Origin: Eledone cirrhosa
Taxonomy: Eukaryota
Length of the DNA: 64,000 nucleotides
Assembly (NCBI GenBank): GCA_964016885.1
Contig: OZ024748.1
Span: forward strand, 46,314,001-46,378,000
Direction of reading: 5' to 3'
Made by a program: the position numbers and the translations under genes. Shown one piece after another: positions 24,120 through 33,945 of this stretch (its first letter is position 1; the number at the start of each line of letters is the position of its first letter). The notes under the pieces were generated by a model, which saw only the letters and a list, made by a program, of their open reading frames with translations, was not told the origin of the DNA and ran no database searches.

Positions 24120-25499
24120 GGTGTTGTGAAGTATTTATATTTGTAGAAGGTGTAATAAAATAACTCGACGTGGCAGATGTTACCGAGTTTAAATTGAGAT
24201 CATTAGTTGTAAAGGGCTCCTTCATTACTGAAGATTTTCTTGGTGTTGTTGTTGTTGGGGTGATGGTTGTGGTAGTGTTGGAGTTCATTTTCATCACCGG
24301 TGCCATTGGTGAAGTTATTTCTGTTGTTGATATTGTAGTGGTGGTCATCGCCGTCGTTGGTGGTGATGGTGATTTAGTTTTATGTCTTCCGGATGATTCA
24401 GTGCTCTGTTCCCAATTGTGGCCAGCCGTCAGATTGGGCAGTTGCTTATGTATAAATGAGATGTTAGCTTCTCCAGTTGTACCAGACAAATGGCCGCCAG
24501 GTTGCGATGAAACTTTAGAAAGATGATCCGGGTTTGATGAAAATGACAATGACGACGATGATGGAGATGATGTCAGCAATGAAACCTGCAGTGGTGATGA
24601 TGATGGTAAGAGAGAAGAGGAGGAGGAATATAAATACGAGGGGGCTGTTTCTGTTGTTGCTGCAGATGTTGTTGTTGAAGGTGATAGTGATGATGATGGT
24701 GGTGAAGGTGTTATCGATGTTGAGGATGAAGATCCATATGAAACAGAAGCAGTTACCGGGGTTACAGATGCTAGAAGTGGTGGGTTTGTGGTATGTATTA
24801 CCCTCTTTAAGCTGTGACTTTGAGTCTGGGTCACTTGAGAATCTGCAGTGGGTTTTTCACCGAAAATACCAGAACCTTCTTCTGTATAACTCAAACCGAT
24901 ATTCTGATCATATGTTTCTGCTCCATCGGGTTTGTTTGTTTTAAATATATCACTTTCAGATAAATAAGAATTTTCACCGGGGTTTTCACTGGGATTGTCA
25001 TGTTTTAATAACTTTCTTGTTTGAAAAATATCAATCTTCCTTGAGAAGCGATTTTTCTTGCTCGGAATGTTACTGTAAGCCATATTCTCTTTGCGTTCAA
25101 GTGAAGATTTTTGGTGACTTAAAGAAACAACCGAATTGTTTGAAAATTTATTGCTAGTTTGAAGAATATCAATCTTCTCTGAGAAACGATTTTTCTTGGA
25201 CGGAACCTCACTATTACCCATACTTTCTTTGCGTTCAAGTGACGATTTTTCGTGGCTTAAAGAAACAGCAGCATTGTTCGAAAATGTATTTCTTGTAGAA
25301 AATATAACTTCTAAATGTTTATCATGTCTAAGTCTTGAAATTAATCGCTTTGAGTAAGATCTCTTTTGGTTCCGCTGTTCTGCTGCATCACTCTCTGTCT
25401 TTAAGCTTATCATTCTAGTAATATTCATGTATAAATGTATTTTCGAAACATTTATTCTATTTTGATTGTGTTCCGCATAGGATTTTGGTATGATTAATA
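1..25499 (-). CDS. Giant exon of a secreted mucin-like PTS glycoprotein (3'-partial, runs off window start)
   Basis: I read the minus frame by hand from the acceptor (cctttctctttaatacAG, AG at 25501-25500) to 23101 and found no stop: (V)LIIPKSYAEHNQNRINVSK...EEGSG...poly-Ser...T-rich. The same frame reads ACA ACA ACC ACT ACA CTA CCA = TTTTTLP at position 1 and at every variant spot-checked. It is probably missing from the ORF track because it has no stop inside the window. Confidence 0.9.
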
Positions 25500-26381
25500 C
25501 TGTATTAAAGAGAAAGGTAAAAAAACATACATGTAAACAATTTTCTAGAACTTCTTATTTTGTAAAAAGTTTTTAATGGATCAAAAAATTTTTAAGGGAT
25601 CAAAACATGAAAAAAGAATAAAAAGAAAAAAAAAATTAATATCACAATATAGAAGAATAACATTTTGATATTCAACTCAAATTTCATATTTTCTGAATGG
25701 CTTATGCAGCGAATTTTACTGGCTGTTCTCTGCCGAAAGACCTTCACCATTTTATCTGTGGCAGGCTACTTTCAGATATGTTCGGCACAGAAGGCTTAGC
25801 CACACCATGTTGTCTGTGGGGTGCCACATCATAGATATGCTATGCAGCAGATGATTCAGGGCTTTGCCGCGCCTTTTTCTCTGTGGCGGGCCATGATTTG
25901 GATATGGTAGGCAACGGAGTACCCAAGGCTTAGCCACTTCCTAATTATTATTATTTTTTTATTTTACTTTTAATAATGTTTTTTAAAAAAATTGTACATT
26001 GTGAATAAATAAATATTCGATTAAATTTTCAACATATCCCTGTTAAATACATGAACGGAAAATAAATTTCAGGAGAAATTAGAAAAATGAAAAATAAAAA
26101 TAAAATATACGTGTAAATATTTTCAAGTATAACATATGAAGGTGATATGCTAGAGCTGTGAAATCTGGAATGCACTAATTTCAACTCTTCTTATTAATAC
26201 ATTATTGGTCAGCCTATGAACCTTTCAAACTATGAACTTTTCAGCCAATTTATAATCATGTAAGTATATCAATTTAAAACCATGTAACTATATCAATTTA
26301 AAATTATGTAAGTATATAAATGTAAAATTATGTAATTATATCATTTAAACTGTGGTTAAAGATTATCAAAGATTGACTTAC

Positions 26382-26439
26382 CATTAGTGAGTATACAAGT
26401 TAACAACAAACTTGTTTTATCCAAATATCGTAAAATCAT
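26382..26439 (-). CDS. First coding exon of the mucin-like gene (signal peptide)
   Basis: The minus strand reads ctctctttatttcAG ATAATT ATG ATT TTA...AAT G|GTAAGT, giving MILRYLDKTSLLLTCILTN. The phase-1 donor matches the phase of the 25499 acceptor. The spliced product MILRYLDKTSLLLTCILTNVLIIPKSYA-EH resembles a signal peptide with an SYA cleavage site. Confidence 0.8.
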
Positions 26440-26761
26440 AATTATCTGAAATAAAGAGAGAGATATAAATTTAGAGGATACTTTTCAATGAATATAAGAT
26501 GATGTAGAATATATAACTCATTGTAACTATGTAATATGATAAATATACTATATAATATATATGTCGAAGGCACGCGGCCCAGTGGCTAGTATGTTAGACT
26601 CATTTTCGTAATGCTGCGGGTTTCATTATGTTCTTGATCAACAGACCTCACTTCACCGACTCTCAAGCACTCTGGTGAATATCAGCATTAATACCAGCTT
26701 AGGGTTATATACATATATACACATATATATAACCCTAAGCTGCTACTGATATATATATAAT

Positions 26762-27168
26762 CATCATTATCATCATCATCATCATCATCACCGTTTTACG
26801 TCTGTTCTTCCACGCTAGCATGGGTTAGACGGGTTGTCCTATTGTACGCAGTGTCCGGTTGGCTGACCATGCCTTGCTCATACGGGAACTGATTCTGGCT
26901 TAATTTCTACAGCTGGATGCCCTTCCTAACACCAACCTTATTTAGAGTGAGTGCTGGGTGCTTTTTTTCCATGGCGCCTACACGACCACTTTGCAGTGGC
27001 ATGATATGGACCCCAGTCCCTATCATCTCATTTCTAAAGCTGAGTAAACTGGAGCAATGTGAAATAAAGTGTCTTGCTCAAGGAAACAACACATCACCCG
27101 TTCTGAGTATTGAACTCACAACCATTCGATTGCAAGGCCAATGCTCTAACCACTAAGCCATGAACCTT
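26762..27168 (-). mobile_element. Composite tRNA-headed SINE with RTE-like 3' tail
   Basis: The minus strand has A/B-box-like tggcttagtggttaga and gagttcaatac, then a CORE-like tccttgagcaagacactt. Its tail (ttaggaagggcatccagctgtagaaa...gacgtaaaacggt(gat)n) is shared with 28090-28342 and 48340-48620. Confidence 0.7.
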
Positions 27169-27219
27169 CACATATATATATATATGTCGTTAATAAATGA
27201 AACATACAAATACAGGGGA

Positions 27220-27398
27220 TAAAGAAGTAGAATCGATCCCCGTACTTGACTACTTGACTGGTACATTTTTTTATCAACCTCGAATGGATAAAAGGCAAAG
27301 TTGACACTGGTGGGATTTGAACTCAGGGAGCAGAGAACTGGAATGAATACCATCAAGCATTCTCTCCGACGTTTTAACAATTCTATCAATTCACCGCC
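27220..27398 (-). mobile_element. tRNA-derived SINE (Meta-domain-like)
   Basis: The minus strand reads ggcggtgaattgatagaattgttaaa...ctgagttcaaatccc...actttgccttttatcc...gataaaaaaatgtaccag. The same family recurs many times in the window. Confidence 0.75.
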
Positions 27399-27494
27399 AA
27401 AGGACTAGTGGTAAGAAGCTCTCAGGAGAACTGGGCAGCAGAAGGGCTCTAGAGTAGAAACCCCCCACCCTCAAGTGAGTGTTTCAGCTTTTAG

Positions 27495-27528
<34 letters not shown>

Positions 27529-27630
27529 GTGTTAAGAAACTCCCAAGAAAGTTGGGCAGCAGAAGGTCTCCAGAGTAAAAAAACCCACCCTCATGTGAGT
27601 GTTTCAGCTCTTAACTTATATATATATACA

Positions 27631-28342
27631 ACAATGTTACATGGTAGTGAGACCTGGTGCTGACTGTGGAAGACTTGCGTAGATTAGAAAGAAACGAAGC
27701 CTGCTTACTCCATGTAATAGTAATATACGCGATATGTAATAGTAATATACGCGAACGGCAAAGCATAAATGAATTGAGAGAGAGACTGAGCATAAGAGGA
27801 ATCAAATGTTGTGTGCAGGAGAGGCGGTTGTGTTGGTATGGACATGTGATGCGTATGAAGGATGACAGCTGCATAAAAAGGTGCAGAGCACTAGAAGTCG
27901 ATGGAAACCGCGGAGTGGGGAGACCCAAGAAGACCTGGGACGAGGTGATAAAAGCCGACCTTACCCAATTACACCTCTCAAAGGCGATGACACACGCACG
28001 TGACCTCTGGCGTCACGCAGTAATACAGAAGACCCGACCCCCCACGGGTACAAGCCGAAGCTGAAGCATATAGACAATATGCCCCTACACCCTCCCACTG
28101 CAAAATGGTCGTGGAGGTGCACGGCAAAAAAGCACCCAGCCCACACTGTAAAGTGGATGTGTAGGCGCCACGGAAAAAAGCACCCAGCACTCACTGTAAA
28201 TGAGGTTTGTGTTAGGAAGGGCATCCAGCTGTAGAAATCAAGCCAAACTCAGTTCCCATATGAGCAAGACAAGGTCAGCCGACCGGACACTGCCCACAAC
28301 AGGACAACCCGTCTAACCCATGCTAGCGTGGAAGAACGGACG
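27631..28342 (+). mobile_element. RTE-clade LINE 3' fragment (degenerate) with 3' tail
   Basis: The peptides MLHGSETW...RRLERNE...RRLCWYGHVMRM...RGVGRPKKTWDEVIKADL match an RTE ORF C-terminus, with a frameshift. The fragment ends in (gat)n. Confidence 0.85.
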
Positions 28343-28865
28343 TAAAACGGTGATGATGATGATATATATAGTGGTGAGAAACTCCATGAGAGTTGGCAGC
28401 AGAAGGTCTCCAGAGTAGAAACCCCACAACTCAAGCCAGTGTTTTGGCCCTTAACTTACATATATATATATAGTGGTCAGAACCTGTCAGGAGAGCTGGA
28501 CAGAGGAAACCTCACACCTCAATCCAGTGATTTGGCCCTGTCTTATCACCCTCAATTATGACCTTGCCCTGTTTATGAGGTTAAGGTGTGATTTTAATAG
28601 TATTTGGTTGCTGTTTCTAGCAGGCGGAGTGACAACCTGGAGACTTACCTATTTTCTATAGTACGCAGATATAGGTTAATAAAGAGTATCTTGTTACTCC
28701 TGTGTTTAGGGAAGGGGGAAAGTGTGTTGACTTGTAGAGTCACCCCCTGCCTGGCCCAATCCTACAGGTGGTTGGGACACACCCACCACGTGACTACTAC
28801 TTGTTGCTACAACTGCCGAAATTAGAACAATTGATAAAGGGTGAAGCAGGGAGATAAGGAAGTGC

Positions 28866-29205
28866 GTGTTTGGGTGTGTGTGTGCGGGTGTGCGGGTGTG
28901 CGTGTGCATGTGTGCGTGGGTGTGTGTGTGTATGACACTATGCATGCGTGTGTATCTGACTTACTATGTGTGTCAGTTTGTGTGTGCCTGACACTGTATA
29001 CGTGTGTGTGCGCGTGTGTATGTCTGTGTGTGTGAGTATCTGACTTAATATGTGTCGGTTTGTGTGTGCCTGACACTGTATACGTGTGTGTGCGCGCGTG
29101 TGTATGTCTGTGTGTGTGAGTATCTGACTTAATATGTGTCGGTTTGTGTGTGCCTGACACTGTATATATGTGTGTGCGCGTGTGTATGTCTGTGTGTATG
29201 TCTGT

Positions 29206-29286
<81 letters not shown>

Positions 29287-30260
29287 TGACTTAATATGTG
29301 TCGGTTTGTGTGTGCGTGTACGTGTGTGTGTGACTCTGTGTATGTGTCTCTCTGTGTCTGAACTCTATATGTGTCAGTGTGTGTCTGCCACTGTATGTGT
29401 GTGTCTGTGTGTTGGTCTCTTAAATTTGTAGCGTGTGAGTGTGTAAGTGTATGAGGAAGCGACTGTGTGTGTGCGGGTTTGTCTGTGTGTGTGTGTTTAA
29501 GCTTTGAGAATAATGTTTGACAGCGTGTGCGTCTGTGTTTGAGTACGTGTGTGTGTATATATAATAGTATGCATGTGAGACTCTCTCTTTCTCCCTCTGT
29601 CTCTCCCTATCTCTCTCTCTGTCTCTCCCTCTCTCCCTCTGTCTCACTCTCGTTCTCTCTCTCTCTGTCTATCGTTCGTTCTCTCTCTCTCTCTCTGTCT
29701 CCCCCTCTCTCCCTCTGTCTCACTCTCGTTCTCTCTCTCTGTCTATCGTTCGTTCTCTCTCTCTCTCTCTCTCTGTCTCCCCCTCTCTCCCTCTGTCTCA
29801 CTCCTCTCGTTCTGTCTCTCTCTCTCTGTCTATCGCTCGTTCGTTCTCTCTCTCTCACTCACTTACACACTCTCCCATTCTCTCTCTCTCTCTCGTTCTC
29901 TCTCTCTCTCTGTTTCTGTCTATCACTCATTCTCTCTCTCTCCCTGTGTCTGTCTCCTCTCTCACTCACTTACTCACACTCTCTCTCTCATTCTCTCTCT
30001 ATCGTTCTCTCTCCCTCTGTCTATCACTCTCTCCTCTCTCTGCTCCCCCCCCCCCCCTCCCCTCTCTCTCATTTTCTCCTCTTTGCATTTGTGACGTTTG
30101 ACTGTGTGTGTTTCTGTGCGTGTGTGCGAGAGGATGTTTTGGAGGATGTGAGTGTGTGACTATCTCTATACGTGTGTGTGTATATGACTTCATGTTTGGT
30201 TTGATATGAGTGTGTGCATGACAGTATGAATGCGTGTGTGTGTGTGTGTGTCAGTACGTG
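28866..30260. repeat. Compound (GT)n/(CT)n microsatellite field with an ~84-bp minisatellite
   Basis: (GT)n at 28866-29560, including four copies of tctgacttaatatgtgtcggtttgtgtgtgc. (CT)n at 29581-30070, then further (GT)n. Confidence 0.95.
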
Positions 30261-30390
30261 TGGATGTGGGTCATAGGAGCTCGAGATTCGTATATAGACA
30301 AATAGATTAATGGATAGATGACACATCAAATCATACTTTGACAATTTGTCAATTTAGACTATCTACCGGTTAGTCTATCTATCTATATAT

Positions 30391-32318
30391 AGTGGGGCTC
30401 TGATCAATTTAGATCAGTCTAAGGCATTTGATAGGGTCGACCATCAATACTTGGAAGCAGTTCTCAAGGCGGCCGGCTTCTGTCTCGTCTTCAGAGGCTG
30501 GATCGCTGCCATGCACACCAGCATCTGCTCGGCAGTCAAGGTGAATGGCTACCTATCGGAGTCATTCGAAATCATGCGTTCCATCCGTCAGGGATGCCCT
30601 CTCTCCTCCATTCTGTATGTACTGACTCTCGAGCCGTTACTGCGGATGTTGCATCTGTTTCAGGGCATCCTGAACGAACCAGGACTGCGGAAAGCAACGT
30701 CGGCCTATGCCGACGACATAACTGTAATGGAGTCAAAACCTCGGAAATCAGGGTAATTGGCAACCTATTACAGGAATACGTTGACAGGAGCAAGACTAAA
30801 CCCAAACAAGTCTGTCGGTTTGCAACTCGGCACATGGAGAGGAAAACCCATGCCTTCCGACAGTGTCGTTGGACGCTGGATGGAAGGACAGGTGAAATTG
30901 CTCGGGATCTGGTTCGGTCCAGACCTCCAGGTAGACAAGAACTGGAACGAGGTCACGGCGAAGGTGTTTGCACTCACCCAGAAGTGGGCTGAGGGCAAAC
31001 TCTCCTTGAAAGGTCGAGCGGAGATGGCGAACACTTACATAGCGTCCGTCATCTACTACCGCTTGACAGTCGTGCCTTGCTCCCACGAATACCTTACCAA
31101 AATGGAACGCCTACTCTTCAAGTTCCTCTGGAAGAAACAGGCTCCATTGGTGAGGAGATCCATCTGCTGTCAACACCCTTCTAACGGAGGGCTGGGCATG
31201 CCGTGGCTGATGATGCGCAAACATGCGCTGAGGCTACGCCATCTCCAGGTATTCCTGAGCGGTGAACCGGTGTGGCTGTCGTTTGTGAGACAAGCTCTTC
31301 CACAACTTGTCTCACTAACATAGCTGCAGTCCTGTGTCAAGCGAAGACCGAAAATGGGTGCCTGGCACCTCGAGTGCCTACAGACGCTCACAGCCCTCTA
31401 CCAAGCGGAAACGGCAATCAGCGGAGACTCCACTTCGACATTCTATAGGGGATTAGTGGAGGATAAGTGCGACGACGTTTCCGGGGAAACTCTAGGCATC
31501 GAGGAGGACGAACTGATCAGTCTGTTCGGGAGTAATTTCCGTCCAGGGCCTATGGATAACTTCCAGAGGTCTCTGGCCTGGCAGTGCTACCGAGGAGCTC
31601 TAACTGTTCGAGACAAAATCTACATGCACGGACACCCTGACAGAGATCCTGCCAAAAAGACCTGTCCAAGATGCGAGCAGAACATCGAAACCGTTCTGCA
31701 CGCAATTGTTCAGTGCCCAGGGGTGACCGACCTGTGGAATTGTGTCGAACAGCTGCTGTCACGTGTGGGACGCATCCAGTTGTCAGCCGAGTCCATTGTG
31801 AGGATCACCCCGCCGCCTTCATTTAATAACGAAGGAGAGGCGGTTTTCCTCTTCTGGTGGCTATGGCGGAAGAGGTAATATGGTGGACGAGGTTAAAAGG
31901 ACTGAGGGCAAACACCTTTCTCTCCGGACAACAAATTATCCCCTTCTTTAAGTATCACTTCAGAAGGAAGGTGGGAGTGGAGAGAGAGGTGCTACACCCC
32001 AGTAAATTCGCTGAAACGTGGGTGAATGTGGCAACAATGGCCCGAATGAATGGGCCTTCTCTGTATATAAACCTGTAGGTTGAGGAAGATAAACAGAGGG
32101 AAGACAGGAACACCTACAAAACGTGTTCCTGGTGTTGAGGGTTGTTCTATCCACGGGGTGTAAAACAACCCTGCAGTAACTTTCCCCCCTACTGGGGATT
32201 TCAATTGTTATTTTATTATATATAGTTTATTGTTATTTATTAATCTTAACCTTATTTCTATGTAAAACCCCCGCCGTCACGTCTTGTAATGTCCTCTTTT
32301 TGTAAGCCCCTGTGGCAA
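30391..32318 (+). mobile_element. 5'-truncated L1/Tx1-clade LINE (RT plus CCHC finger), inactivated
   Basis: Motifs LDQSKAFDRVDH, SIRQGCPLS, AYADDITV, GGLGMP and CPRCEQNIETVLHAIVQC. There are frameshifts near 30735 and 31850 and a stop at 31321. A 3' UTR runs into (TA)n. Confidence 0.93.
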
Positions 32319-32461
32319 TATATATATATCTACCTCCCTACCTATCTCCCCATATAACCACTCATCCACCCATAGGTTTTGCGTTTTTCTGTCGCTGCAG
32401 CATATGTAGATAATTATCTAGAGCTTTGACAATTATACACAGTTATATATATTATATACAG

Positions 32462-32510
<49 letters not shown>

Positions 32511-32707
32511 ATATACAGATATATATGCAATATATATATGCAATATATATATATGAATGCAATATATATAGTTCTTCTCTGATGACCCTGTGAGAAGCAG
32601 GTAGACCTTCAGAAAACAAGATTCACTATTTACCCTTAATCAATATGTAGTTAGGATCTAGCTGTCGAAACGGCCGGAGCTCAGCCGTCGTGGTCCTGAT
32701 TCTTTTC

Positions 32708-32758
<51 letters not shown>

Positions 32759-32813
32759 CATATAAGAACAAAAGATGGTTAAAAGAGTTCCATGTATTTT
32801 ATTATGCGCATTT

Positions 32814-32853
<40 letters not shown>

Positions 32854-32855
<2 letters not shown>

Positions 32856-33046
32856 CGAAGGAAATGTCGTAAGGAACCAGGTGGACCATAACGCACCAAA
32901 GTACTCAATACTTGGGGTAGTAGAGTGGGTAATAGGAACCAGTAAGACCCCGACGGCTGAGCTCAAGCCGTTTCGACGGCTAATTCTGGACTCTCAGAAT
33001 TAGCCGTCGAAACGGCTTGAGCTCAGCCGTCGGGGTCTTACTGGTT

Positions 33047-33050
<4 letters not shown>
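32854..33050. mobile_element. Asymmetric hairpin insertion, family 1 (hammerhead 3' half; probable Penelope-type terminus)
   Basis: Inverted arms of about 65 bp around a 6-nt spacer, plus an ~80-nt unpaired tail, with (TA)n on both sides. It contains GAAA-cggc(ttgagctca)gccg-TC. Copies lie at 41712-41942 and 51655-51854, with relatives at 39743-39930 and 32657-32710. Confidence 0.75.
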
Positions 33051-33083
<33 letters not shown>

Positions 33084-33086
<3 letters not shown>

Positions 33087-33334
33087 GAAGTGAGGTTTTT
33101 TTTTACAAAATGAAAAATAACCGAGGTGTCCTACACGAGTGAAAGTATAAAGAAAAAAAGATGAAATCGAAAATGCAACTGGAGTCTTATTTAAAAAAAA
33201 ATATATATATATTTATTTGGTTCCTTTACCGGTTTCGAACTGCGAAACCAGTAAAGGAACCAAATAAATATATATATATATATTTTTAAATAAGACTCCA
33301 GTTGCATTTTCGATTTCATCTTTTTTTCTTTATA
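33084..33334. mobile_element. Asymmetric hairpin insertion, family 2
   Basis: Arms at 33146-33237 and 33243-33334, tail at 33084-33145. The arms begin cGAAAccggTA, a hammerhead stem III with a GUA site. Confidence 0.7.
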
Positions 33335-33559
33335 AATATATATATTAATAAATGAACAGAGAACAAAAAACAGAGAGGCAGTACAAATGATATGGTTTTT
33401 AGTTTCACGCTTGAGAGTGGGTTTCGCCTGCTTACCACAAGGTCATCAGACAAGAACCTGGGTACTGTCTTTTCTAGTTATTCATGTCCGATTATAATAT
33501 GTATCTCATAAAATTCCAACACACATATATACCAAGTCCGAACAGAAAAGTATCAAACT

Positions 33560-33912
33560 ATCACTGCCAATCTCTCCTGCTCTCTCCATCTCTCATGACC
33601 CCGGCGGACAAAATAGAGAAAGCGTTTCCTTGGAGGATGGTGAGGGAGACGAACACTAGATGAGCCATTCCAGCTCGCGAGGGTCACTCCTGCTGCTACC
33701 CAACTCTCTGGCGATGGTGGTGAGCAGGGAAGTGGGCCTAGGGCCAAGAGCACCAGAATTATCCACTGCCACGGACTCGACTACAAACCTGTCGGAGAGC
33801 GCCCGATATCTGGAGAGTTTAATCTCCTCAGCCCGATGTAGTGCAGCAGAGGCTGAATTATTCACAGGCTACATACACTAGGTCATCGCTGGAGAATGTT
33901 CTGCTGCATGTG
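33560..33912 (-). mobile_element. CRE-like non-LTR retrotransposon, restriction-like endonuclease 3' fragment
   Basis: Minus-strand peptides VTCSRTFSS...AEEIKLSRYRALSDRFVVESVAVDNSGALGP...DPRELEWL...VSLTILQGNAFSIL follow the D.TC.DT..AE..K..KY..G..G..QRGNA pattern of CRE-type RLE domains. Confidence 0.75.
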
Positions 33913-33945
33913 ACAACCCCAAAACATTGCTGGGTTAATCGCAGA

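Noticed and set aside
23495-24944. Short plus-strand ORFs (130, 71, 118 and 136 aa)
   Set aside because: They are antisense to the continuously open mucin frame.
25727-25940. GC-richer island in the mucin intron (61-aa ORF)
   Set aside because: I recognised no motif or convincing splice sites. It is probably a small repeat fragment but cannot be assigned.
26564-26690. Possible tRNA gene
   Set aside because: Only a decayed A-box-like SINE head is present, with no cloverleaf. The same applies to the other SINE heads.
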